Positions 38,142 through 47,829 of a stretch of DNA of 53,819 bases are shown piece after piece (position 1 is the first letter of the stretch; each line of letters starts with the position of its first letter). The notes beneath the pieces are model-generated. The model was given only the letters and a program-made list of their open reading frames with translations. It searched no databases and was not told the origin of the DNA. This DNA is from an uncultured Lentisphaerales bacterium (GTDB lineage Bacteria > Verrucomicrobiota > Lentisphaeria > JABSQK01 > UBA12247): assembly GCA_943788985.1 (NCBI GenBank), contig CALSSJ010000001.1, positions 1 through 53,819 on the forward strand, given 5' to 3'. Position numbers and translations under genes: made by a program.

Positions 38142-40550
38142 TTAGGGAGCGGAATCCGTAGAAATCTGGATGACTTCGAAGTCGGCAGTGCTCAGCATGG
38201 CGCTCGCGGACTGCAACCCAGCAGATTCGGCCGTGATCTGGATGCTGCCTGCCTGGCGGGATGCTTTGACGATCAGCATACACAGGCCGTTGAAGGCCGG
38301 ACGCTGATCTGCAATGAACGGGAGGGTGGTGGCGGCATTGCCATTGCCGACAGCGGCTATGCTCCCGGCGCCTTCGACGGAGAACCGGACGAGGTTGTCG
38401 GCGAGCGGGCAGAGGGCGCCGTCGGCGTCTTCGATCCGAACGGTGACGTAGGAGAGGTCGCAGCCGTCGGCATCGAGCTCGGAGCGGTCGGGCGAGATGC
38501 TGACGCGAGCAGGAGCGCCCGCAGTCTTGATCTCCTTTTCCGCCACCGGCTTGCCGTCGATGTAGCCGACGACTCGCAGTGAGCCGGGGGCAAATGGCAC
38601 CTGCCAGGATAGCCGGTACTTGGACAGGAAGTGGTCCTTGTCATAGCGATTAAAGCTGACGAGAATGCGGGTCAGGTCCTTGCCCTTCCTCTTGCGGCCG
38701 TAGGAGTCACCATTGACGAATAGCTCCACTTCCTCACAGTTGGTGTAGGCCATCACTGGGATGACGCTGTGGCCGCTGTCTGCCCAATTCCAGTGCGGAA
38801 GCACGTGAACCATTGGCTCGCTCGTCCATTGGCTTTGGTAGAGGTAGAAGCGGTCCTTTGGAAAGCCACAAAGGTCGATGGCACCAAAGTAGGAGCTGCG
38901 GGAGGGCCAGTCATCGTTCCAATAGCCGTTAGTGCTGTTGTCGCGGCCGCCATATGGGGTGGGCTCGCCGAGGTAGTCGAAGCCCGTCCAGATGTACTCG
39001 CCCATGACCGCTGGATTCTCCGCCAGTGCGTCAAACTCTACGTCCGGCGGATAGGCCCACGGTGGGCCTATCAGGTCGTAGCTACTGACTTGTTTGTCAG
39101 GAGAGGTCTTGTACTTCTCGATCGGGAGATGATAGACGCCGCGACTGCTAGTGCACGAGGAGGTCTCTGAGCCGACCACGGGCGTGTCGGGCAGGAACGC
39201 ATCGACTTCTTCGCCGTAGGCAAGCGGCTTGTAATTCATGCCGGCGATATCGACCTGAGCAGCCATGCCTGTCTCGTAGGGGCGCGGGTAGTAGTTGAAT
39301 CCGCAGGTCGTCGGGCGCGTGATGTCGATCTCTTTGACGTAGTCGTTGAGTTGCTTGGCAATGCGCGGGCCAGCCTCTGCGCACTGCTGCTCGAGAATCT
39401 CGTTGCCAATGCTCCACATGAAGACCGACGGATGGTTGCGGTCACGCAGCACCATGTCCTTGATATCGCGCTCTGCCCAGGCTTCGAAGTAGCGGCTGTA
39501 GTCATTCGGGACTTTGGCTTCCATCCAGGCATCGAACGCCTCGTCCTGCACGAGGATGCCCATCTCGTCACAGAGATCGAGCAGCTCGGGGGATGGCATG
39601 TTGTGGCTGGTGCGGATGGAATTCACGCCCATCTGCTTGAGAATCTTGATCTTGCGTTGGTCCGCACGCCGGTTCACGGCAGAGCCGATCGGGCCATTGT
39701 CGTGATGCAGGCAGACTCCATTGATCTGTAGGCGCCTGCCGTTCAGGAAGAAGCCTCTGGATTTGGAAAAGTCGAGCGTGCGAATGCCGAAGCGAGTCTG
39801 GACGGTGTCGACGACTTCGCCAGTCACGGAAACTTTGGTGTGGAGTGTGTAAAGATTCGGTGTGTTTAGGTCCCACAGTTGTGGGTTGGCTACTGTGAGG
39901 CGGCCTTTGCCGGCCACGGCCTGAGCGCTGGCGACTGCCATGCCGCTGGGACTGAGGATCTCGTAGGACACGTCGCCTTCGCCGTTGAGGGTGGTCTCGA
40001 TGGCGATCACCGCCTGTTCGGCCGTGATCTCAGGCGTGGAAACAAAGGTGCCCCACTGCGCCACGTGGACCGGATTGCGGACGTCTAGCCAAACATTGCG
40101 ATAGATACCTGCGCCGGGATACCAGCGCGAGGACAGGTCCTTGGGCACGAGCCTCACAGCAATGACATTGCTACCGCCGATGGTCAGCTGCTCGCTGATG
40201 TCATACTGAAACCCTATGTAGCCTGAAGGGCGATTTCCGACGAACGCGCCGTTTACCCAGACGTGGGCGTTGTACATCGCGCCATCAAACGTCACCGAAA
40301 CGACCTTGCCGGCAGCTTCTGGCGGCAGCTCAAAGGTCTTTCGATACCAGCCAGTGCCGTGGAAGGGCAGGCCGCCGGCCCTGGCATTGTACTGGATATC
40401 AAATGGACCTTCGATGGCCCAGTCATGCGGGAGATCCTGTGAGCGCCAAGCCGAGTCATCGAATTCGCTGAGATGAGCGCCTTCGGCTCCCCCATTGTGG
40501 AAGCGCCAGCCTAAATTGAAGGATTCGCGGGGGGCAATTGCGTCAGGCAT
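38142..40550 (-). CDS. GH2 beta-galactosidase
   Basis: LPHDWAIEGPF, GTGWYRKTF, SRWYPGAGIYR, GVCLHHD, IRTSHN, RDRNHPSVFMWSIGNE, SET, WTGFDYLGEPTPY; no signal peptide. Confidence 0.93.
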   Translation of the reverse strand: MPDAIAPRESFNLGWRFHNGGAEGAHLSEFDDSAWRSQDLPHDWAIEGPFDIQYNARAGGLPFHGTGWYRKTFELPPEAAGKVVSVTFDGAMYNAHVWVNGAFVGNRPSGYIGFQYDISEQLTIGGSNVIAVRLVPKDLSSRWYPGAGIYRNVWLDVRNPVHVAQWGTFVSTPEITAEQAVIAIETTLNGEGDVSYEILSPSGMAVASAQAVAGKGRLTVANPQLWDLNTPNLYTLHTKVSVTGEVVDTVQTRFGIRTLDFSKSRGFFLNGRRLQINGVCLHHDNGPIGSAVNRRADQRKIKILKQMGVNSIRTSHNMPSPELLDLCDEMGILVQDEAFDAWMEAKVPNDYSRYFEAWAERDIKDMVLRDRNHPSVFMWSIGNEILEQQCAEAGPRIAKQLNDYVKEIDITRPTTCGFNYYPRPYETGMAAQVDIAGMNYKPLAYGEEVDAFLPDTPVVGSETSSCTSSRGVYHLPIEKYKTSPDKQVSSYDLIGPPWAYPPDVEFDALAENPAVMGEYIWTGFDYLGEPTPYGGRDNSTNGYWNDDWPSRSSYFGAIDLCGFPKDRFYLYQSQWTSEPMVHVLPHWNWADSGHSVIPVMAYTNCEEVELFVNGDSYGRKRKGKDLTRILVSFNRYDKDHFLSKYRLSWQVPFAPGSLRVVGYIDGKPVAEKEIKTAGAPARVSISPDRSELDADGCDLSYVTVRIEDADGALCPLADNLVRFSVEGAGSIAAVGNGNAATTLPFIADQRPAFNGLCMLIVKASRQAGSIQITAESAGLQSASAMLSTADFEVIQISTDSAP

Positions 40551-40989
40551 ACGGTCTCTCCTCGTTCTCGTTCAGGGCAGGGGCGTGGCGGGTACTGTCT
40601 CGTTATTGCGCCCAGGCGGGAGGTGTGCGAAGCGAGTACCGGTGTTCGCTTCCGCGCATATGTTATCTGGTCTTCTTGAGCCTGCAAGCGCAATGTCTCA
40701 GCTGCGCATTTGCGACTGGTAAGAAATTTTGGGCAGCGACTTCAGTGGAATATCTAGCTAAGCCCGCCACTAGGGCGCAGTCGTCGCCGGGATGAGTCAG
40801 ACGCAGCCGGGGTTCGCAAGCGCCATGGTCTCGCGAGGCATCTGGGAGAGCCCTTTTAAGCAGACGGGTTTGGCAAGTTTTTTTGGGGGACGAACGTACG
40901 TATGGCGTTCCTGGCTCTGAAGTCAGCAGAATCGCGGCGCTGTCGGGCGCATGTGTAAACACAAGTTGAAGCCCAGACGCTATCCAGGC

Positions 40990-41600
40990 CGACCCGCGCG
41001 GGAACGGTTCAAACCCAAGGGCCAGACGCGGGGGGAATCGTCATCTGGCAGGTTGATTTCGGTCAACCGGTACATGTGCTGCCGGGCGAGTTCGCTTCTG
41101 GGAGCGCAGAATGGGAGTGACTGGTCCAGTTCTGCCGTTTGTTAGGCGAGAACAAGAGCTTGCTGAAAATCGCTAGACGCGAAGTTCAGCGACTGCGTGG
41201 TCAAATCGGACGGATACCTGTGGCGGTATTGATCAACCGGGGAAGCGCTCACGATGAAAATTCCAGTCACCGAGTCCAACACCAGCTCGCACGCGTACTT
41301 AATCGCCGTTGCCGAACCAGCCGTCGTCGAGCACCTAGAACTCGATCCCCAGTTCGGCGCTGCCCTTCATCATCTCGATGATGGCGCTTTCCGAGACATC
41401 CAGCTTGCAGCCTGCTCACGAGTTGTGGTCGATCGGACGCAGGCGATCCCCACCGGGTAGGAAGTGCGCACGGGGCCAGCGATGCAAATTCTGATTGGCG
41501 CCGACGGATGCTTCCAGCTCCTTGCGCTTGTTGATCTCGAACGAAAACTTGCTACCTGCCGGGCCATTCCAATGCCGCGATCATGCAGATGCAGAGCCCG
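40990..41600 (-). pseudogene. decayed GH36 alpha-galactosidase
   Basis: HRW..AHFLPGGDRLRPIDHNS*AG..LDVSESAIIEMMKGSAELGIEF*VLDDGWFGNGD*...GLGDW...RFP, then the C-terminal piece MYRLTEINLP; in-frame stops and large deletions. Confidence 0.75.
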
Positions 41601-41738
41601 CTGCGCGTCCACTGCGTAAACAACCCACAGATGCCTGGTTCTCAGTTCAATCTTGGTAACGCTCTCGTGTGGTGATTTATAAATTAGTCGCTCACTGTGC
41701 GAAGCATTTTGGATGCTCCAGTGTGCTGATAGACCATA

Positions 41739-42842
41739 CTAGCGATCTTCGCCAAACGTCGTCAGGTCCCACGCTTCCGTCCATGCCATCTGGAAGCCAG
41801 CTTCGGTGAAGCGGATCGGTAGCCAGACATGCCGTCCGTCGATCGCGTTCTCCGGTCGCCAAAGATCGAACATTGCGATGTAGGCATCGGCTTGCCCGGC
41901 AACTGGTAGCACAAAGGTACTCTGCCCGCCGAACGTCTTCTCTGGGCCGAGGCCGTTCTCAGGGTTGGTGCCGACACAGGGATTATCGAGTTCTCGCCAC
42001 GGACCCAGAATCGAATCGGCCACCGCGGAACGCGCCGCATTGGGTGACCAGCTGGTGCAACCCGAGGCGATCAGATAGTACTTGCCCGCTCGCTTAAAGA
42101 TGGTCGGCGCTTCCATCCAGCGGAATGGGAAGTTGCGGGTGTAGGTCCCTGTGTGATCCAGGTAATCGACCGTCAGCAGGGAGATATGAAGCGTAGAGTT
42201 ATGCTCAGACGAATAGATGTGGTAGGCCTTGCCGTCATCATCCACAAACAGCGTCATGTCACGTGCCATCTGGCCGCCCTCGACATGCGAGCCGAGAATG
42301 TTGAATTGCGCATGCTTGTCCGTCGGGCCGCCGGTGAACTCTTCATTCTCCTGACGGGTCCGCTCGATCGAGTCCGGATCCTGCTGCTCCGGCAAGACGT
42401 TCTCCGGCCAGTGCCCGGCATTTGGGCGGGACGAGCTGACATAGCGAAAGGGCCCGGTTGCAGAGTCCGCAACGGCCACTCCGCTCCGCGCTGCATTGTA
42501 GCCTTGGTCGATCAGTTCGAGGTGAAACCACATTACGAACTTCCCGGTCCGGCGATTAAAAATTACCTTGGGCCGCTCGAGGACACAGCCCTTCGCAATC
42601 TCGCTGTCTGGATCCTCGGAGACTGTGAGGGCGATGTCCTCGTCCTGCCAGTTATAGAGGTCCGCAGAGGAGTAGCAGTGCACGCCCACGTGTGCGCGGT
42701 TCCCGGCGTGGCCTTCGATCTTGTGTTCGCCGTACCAGTAGTAAACGCCGTCGTGATGGAGCACGCCGCCGCCATGGGCGTTGATATGCACGCCGTTGTG
42801 GTCCGGCCAGATCCCGTGGTTGGTGAATGAATTCCGCTTCAT
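41739..42842 (-). CDS. GH43 glycoside hydrolase (GH43_24 / beta-1,3-galactanase-like)
   Basis: INAHGGG, YYWYGE, ERPKV, MWFH, ARDMTLFVDDDGKAY, EAP, SGCTSW.PN, TFGGQSTFV. Confidence 0.85.
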   Translation of the reverse strand: MKRNSFTNHGIWPDHNGVHINAHGGGVLHHDGVYYWYGEHKIEGHAGNRAHVGVHCYSSADLYNWQDEDIALTVSEDPDSEIAKGCVLERPKVIFNRRTGKFVMWFHLELIDQGYNAARSGVAVADSATGPFRYVSSSRPNAGHWPENVLPEQQDPDSIERTRQENEEFTGGPTDKHAQFNILGSHVEGGQMARDMTLFVDDDGKAYHIYSSEHNSTLHISLLTVDYLDHTGTYTRNFPFRWMEAPTIFKRAGKYYLIASGCTSWSPNAARSAVADSILGPWRELDNPCVGTNPENGLGPEKTFGGQSTFVLPVAGQADAYIAMFDLWRPENAIDGRHVWLPIRFTEAGFQMAWTEAWDLTTFGEDR

Positions 42843-42858
42843 AACGCCTTATTGTTCC

Positions 42859-43793
42859 TCATGGGCCTTCCTTAACGAGCGCGTCGAGTTCGTGAATACA
42901 CCACAAGTTCTGGATTGTGCCCGGGGCCGCTGCTACCTTCGGCAGCTCAAGCCTCAGCCTCTGACCTGCGGCCATTGCAGTCTTGGTAGCCCAGCGCTCC
43001 TTCAGCTCTCCCTTGACCAAGTACCGTGGGCCTGCTGTGGTGCTAGATTTCAATTTCCCGGTCTTCCCGTCGCCCAGCTTGTGGGAAAATTGCTCCTCGA
43101 GCGAGGCCAAGCTGCACATTCCAAACCTTTCGCTAACCGCGGCGCGAACGGCCTTGACTTCGCTCGCCTGACTAGATCCGCGCCGTTCTTCCAGCTGTTG
43201 CGGATATGGCTGAGCACGTCGGCGATATGGGTGTCAGGATAGGTTTTATGCGGCATCATCAGCCCGTAGTTGACGCCGTCCACCTCGCCCTGCATGCCCT
43301 TCAGAGCCAGCGCGATGAGCCGATTCTTTTCGCCAGTGAAGCGGGGGGAGCCGACCAGTGGCGCGCCGAGCCTGATCGTGCCAGCCTGCGTCCCCATCCC
43401 ATCTGCGCCGTAACAGGTCGTGCAGAGGGCTTCATGGTGAGTTTCCACAGCATCGTATCGTTTCAGGTTCGCAGGGGAGAAATCTAGCAGCTCGTCGGTG
43501 AGGTCGACCGTGAACGCGCCAGTTCTGGCTACCAATTGCTGCAGTGCGAGAATGCCGTGTACCGTCGATTCGTGGGCGCAGCCGGTCGACTTCAACAGTA
43601 CCAACAGCTTGCGCGGTGTCTTTGGAGTCACTTGGGCAGCGGTCGGCACCGCTGCTTCGATGGCCTGCTTTAGTTCAGCCCTGATGGGCTTCTGCGCCAG
43701 CACTGTCGGCAGGACAAGCAGAAAGACGATGGGCAGCCAGAAGGTTGCGGCTGTAATGGAGCGTCGGGGCGTCATTTGTGCTTTTGGCTCCAT
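42859..43793 (-). pseudogene. deletion chimera of a ThuA-like N-terminus and a cytochrome c domain
   Basis: signal peptide plus AAVP....PKTPRKLLV...G.AHES...TGAFTV...LKRYDAV, joined directly to LCTTCYGADG.G...APL.GS...MMP...IADVLSHIRNSWKN (heme motif CxxCH changed to CxxCY). Confidence 0.65.
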
Positions 43794-43939
43794 GTTTTTC
43801 TGCAGTTTGATATTAGCACTAGGCCTAGCGAGCCAATTTCTCACTGCACATCTTGTCAGACTTGTTGCAGATTTTGGCCTCGCTCCGGATTGTCGAGCGC
43901 ACCAATGCCTTGATGCGGGAGTTTCATGGGAATTACAAG

Positions 43940-44766
43940 CCGTTCTTTCTCTGGGCCAACTTTTTCGGATCCACAACCCCCATATATGGTTCCCGAGCAC
44001 CTTCCAGGCGAGTTTGATGACAAGCCGCCGTATTCGCACTGTCACAAAAGCTTGGGGCTGACTTCAGCGAGTTCAAGACGGATGAGGGCAGTAATTTTCT
44101 TCATGGCGCCAACTTCCAAGTGCGCACCCGGGAAAAGTAGCCCAAAGCATTGCCACGATGTACGGCATGGTCACGATGATGGATACCTACATCGGCAAGA
44201 TCCTTGACCAACTCGAAGCGCTGGGACTAGTCGACGACACGTTGGTCATCGTTACCTCGAATCATGGCGATTTCTTGGGGCAGCACGGGCTCAATGCCAA
44301 GGCCATTCACCATTACGAAGATCTGCTGAAGATCCCACCCATCGTCTCAATGCCTGGGACCGTTCCTGCTGGTCTGCATTCTGTTTCTCTGCAATCGACC
44401 GTAGATCTGGCTCCGACCATGCTGAGTTTTGCCGGGATCGATGTGCCTCGGCGGATGACCGGGCTCGACGTAAAGTCCGAGTGGACCGGGGACGTTGAGG
44501 CAATTCGGGACCACGTGCTGATCGAGAATCGGCACAATCCGACCACGATGAAGATGAAGACCTTCATTAACGAGCGCTACAAGCTGACCTTCCACTTCAA
44601 CCGGCCTTATGGTGAGATTTATGATCTACAGGACGACCCAGGTGAGTACCGAAATCTCTGGGATCTGGCGCAATGCCAGGAACGAAAGAAGGAGTTGCTG
44701 CTCAAACTGGTCTACGCCGACATGGCGATCGAGCCAATGCCAATGCCCCGGATTGCCGGAGCCTGA
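43940..44766 (+). pseudogene. C-terminal half of a sulfatase
   Basis: FLWANF.DP.PPY fragment, YGMVTMMD.YIGKILD, TSNHGDFLGQHG, VDLAPT, EIYDL.DDP.E..NLW; no N-terminal CxPxR region. Confidence 0.75.
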
Positions 44767-44866
44767 CTGGAAAGCAGGGAGTAGCAGCCTCGCCCGTCCG
44801 TGCAATACGCCATTGAGGCACAGGCGAGGGCGAGTACAGTGCCGACAATTCAACGAGAGGACCAAG

Positions 44867-45109
44867 ATGACCGATACCATTCAGACCATCATTGCCCAGG
44901 CTCTTCCCGACGCTCACATCGAGGTCGAAGATCCGATGAACGACGGGGCCCACCTACAGGCCACCGTCGTGAGCGAGTCATTCGTCGGCAAAAGCCGCTT
45001 GCAGCAACAGCGCCTAGTCATGGCCGCACTAAAAGAAGCATTCTCCGAGAGTCTCCACGCCCTAGCGCTGAAGACCTACACGCCGGAAGAGTGGAACCAG
45101 AAAAACTAA
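44867..45109 (+). CDS. bolA: BolA family protein
   Basis: DGAHLQATVVSESFVGKSRLQQQRLV...LHALALKT; ATG 44867 preceded by GAGAGG. Confidence 0.88.
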   Translation: MTDTIQTIIAQALPDAHIEVEDPMNDGAHLQATVVSESFVGKSRLQQQRLVMAALKEAFSESLHALALKTYTPEEWNQKN

Positions 45110-45143
45110 ATCACCGCACACAGTAAATCTAACAGGAATCATC

Positions 45144-45455
45144 ATGAGTAGCGTCGCAGACCGTATCCAGAAAGACATCACCGACAACCGCGTAATGTTG
45201 TACATGAAGGGCACCCCACAGGCCCCAATGTGCGGCTTTTCCAAGACCGTAGCAGAGATCCTGACCCACGTGGGCGGAGATTTTGCCAGCGCCAACGTGC
45301 TCGAAGATCCAGAGCTTCGCCAGGGCATCAAGGAATTCTCCGAATGGCCGACCATTCCCCAACTGTATATCGACGGTGAGTTCCTCGGCGGCTGCGATAT
45401 CGTCGTGGAAATGTACCAAGCTGGCGAGCTCGAGAAGCTTTTCCAAGCGAAGTAA
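45144..45455 (+). CDS. grxD: monothiol glutaredoxin Grx4
   Basis: MKGTP..PMCGFS, WPTIPQLY, GEFLGGCDI. Confidence 0.95.
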   Translation: MSSVADRIQKDITDNRVMLYMKGTPQAPMCGFSKTVAEILTHVGGDFASANVLEDPELRQGIKEFSEWPTIPQLYIDGEFLGGCDIVVEMYQAGELEKLFQAK

Positions 45456-45461
45456 TCTGCT

Positions 45462-47294
45462 TTGAGCGATTTCCCTACTAGTTTTGATGTCATCGTCATC
45501 GGCGGTGGGCATGCCGGCTGTGAGGCTGCGCTTGCCGCTGGCCGCATGGGCGCGCGTACCATGCTGCTGACGATGAACATCGACCACATTGCCCAGATGT
45601 CGTGCAACCCAGCCGTCGGCGGCATCGCCAAAGGCCAGGTCGTGCGTGAAATCGATGCGCTGGGTGGGGAAATGGCGATGAATACGGACGCCTGCGCCAT
45701 TCAGTTTCGGATGTTGAATCGGTCCAAGGGACCGGCCGTCTGGTCTCCGCGTGCCCAAACCGACAAGGTCCTGTACCAGCGGCGCATGAAGTACGTGGTG
45801 GAGTCCGAGCGCGACATCTTCGTGCATCAGGCAGAAGCTGTCGAGCTCACCCGCAGCCGGGGCAAGGTGACTGGCGTGTCTACCCAGTTCGGGGACTACT
45901 TCGAAGCCAAAGCTGTAGTGATTTGCACCGGGACTTTCCTGCGCGGCTTGCTGCACTACGGAGACCGGTCCTTTCCCGGTGGTCGGGCTGGCGACGCCGC
46001 GGCCGAATCGCTCGCGCTCTGCCTCGTCAATGACATGGAACTGGAGGTGGCTCGCCTGAAAACGGGGACGCCGCCTCGCATCATGGGCCATACCATTGAT
46101 TTCGAGCAGATGCAGGAGCAGTCCAGCGAGGAAACCACCAACTTCTCACACTGGCCGGATGAAGTGCACAAGCTGCGCAGCATCGCCCCAGAGGATTTGC
46201 CGCAGAAGTCGTGCTACCTGTTGAAATCCACCACTGAGACTCGCCAGATTGTTCTGGATAACATCGAGCGCTCGCCGATGTACAACGGCCGGATTAAGGC
46301 GGTTGGGACGCGCTACTGCCCCTCGTTCGAGGACAAGGTCATGCGCTTTCCGCACCATGAGACGCATCAGCTGTATCTCGAGCCGGAGGGTGCCTTTACC
46401 GATGAGTACTACCTCAACGGAATCTCTACCAGCCTGCCGGTAGACGTGCAATGGCAGATGGTCCGCTCGCTGCCTGGCATGGAGCGTGCTGAGCTCGCTC
46501 GCTATGCCTATGCGGTCGAGTATGACGTGATGTTGCCGCATCAGCTGCATTCATCCCTAGCGCTACAGAAGTGGCCGAACCTGTTTCTGGCTGGCCAGAT
46601 CAACGGGACCACCGGCTACGAAGAAGCGGCAGGGCAAGGGGATTGTGGCAGGGATTAACGCGGCCCCGATACGCTGGCGGCCAGCAGAGTCCCTTGGTTT
46701 TGGCCCGCGATCAGGCATATATCGGCGTGATGATCGATGATCTGGTCACCAAGGAGATCACCGAGCCCTATCGGCTGTTTACCAGTCGTGCGGAGTATCG
46801 GCTGCTGTTGCGCCAGGATACGGCATGTCGCAGGCTGTCGAAGATTGGCCATGAGTTTGGTCTGCTCCCTGCACATAGGTATGCCAGAGTTATCGAAGAA
46901 GAGAAGCAACTCACCGAGGCCAGAGAGTGGCTGGAGCGCAACCGGGCAAATGGCGAATCCCTGTGGCTGGCCGTGCGCAAGAAAACGCTCGCGCTGGCAG
47001 ACGTGGACGAATTGAAGCATCTGTCCGAGGATCTCCAGCGTCAGCTTGGTGTGGACGCGCACTACGAAGGCTACGTCGAGCAAGAACGGACCCAAGCCAA
47101 GCAACTACGCAAGTTAGACCATTGGCAGATCCCAGAGGATTTCTCCTACGACATGCCCGGGCTACGAAACGAAGCCCGCATGAAGCTTGAACGCGTTCGG
47201 CCCAACACACTAGGCCCAAGCGGCCCGGATCGATGGCGTGACTCCGGCCGAGATTTCACTGCTTCAGGTGCACCTCAAGCGGCGGGCTGGCTGA
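45462..47294 (+). CDS. mnmG: tRNA uridine 5-carboxymethylaminomethyl modification enzyme MnmG, split by three +1 insertions (probable sequencing errors)
   Basis: GGGHAGCEAA, MSCNPAVGG, RLKTGTPPR, RYCPS.EDK, AGQINGTTGYEEAA, EPYRLFTSRAEYRL. Removing single bases near 46640, 46665 and 47216 restores QGIVAGINAA and TLGQAARIDGVTPAEISLL, with TGA at 47292-47294. Confidence 0.92.
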
Positions 47295-47329
47295 CAAGCC
47301 AAGAGGCGGGTAGGGCAGGGGGCGTTGTG

Positions 47330-47502
47330 TATGTTCTACAGGCTCGAATCGCAGTTGATCCCTATTCTGGAAAGGCTCTTGTTGGCGACTTACAAGGCTA
47401 TTACTCCGTTCGTCTCAGTTTCAGGACCGCATTGGCTACTCAATCGACAACGAAGAGCTAATCGTTCTGGTCATTCGTGCTAGAACTCACTGCGGTGATT
47501 GA
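47330..47502 (+). pseudogene. remnant of a RelE/YoeB-like type II toxin
   Basis: DPYSGKALVGDLQGYYSVRLSF, then after a frameshift DRIGYSIDNEELIVLVIRARTHCGD*; no antitoxin or intact N-terminus. Confidence 0.6.
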
Positions 47503-47563
47503 ATGCGGCAACTGGCACAACTTTTTGTTTCGGAGCGTTGGGCCTTGAACAACGAGCTGATGC

Positions 47564-47795
47564 TCAGTGGGCGCGGATGATGGCGACCCAATCCTGCGCC
47601 GCATCAGCCGGCGGCGTGCCCAGCGTGGCCACGCTGCCAGCTTTCGGTTTCTCGCGCGGACCGGTCACCAGCGCCCCGCCGGTGCGGGGATTGAACCATT
47701 GCACATGGTAGGTGCATGGCTGCCCACTGAGGTCTAGCGTGCCAGCCGTGGCCTTCCGGAGATAGACGAGATACAATGCACCAGGCTTGGCCTTC
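47564..47795 (-). pseudogene. C-terminal 'putative collagen-binding' domain fragment (DUF5060/DUF4038-type proteins)
   Basis: AKPGALYLVYL....TLDLS....YHVQWFNPRTGG....LGTPP....DWVAII. Confidence 0.6.
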
Positions 47796-47829
47796 GGTGA
47801 CGATGACGGCTGTGGTCGTCGGATGCGGA

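Noticed and set aside
534..46091. Many long antisense or alternative-frame ORFs (e.g. 534-1268, 7952-8878, 28396-29319, 31621-32577, 45129-46091)
   Set aside because: They are shadows of well-supported genes in GC-rich DNA and have no recognisable motifs.
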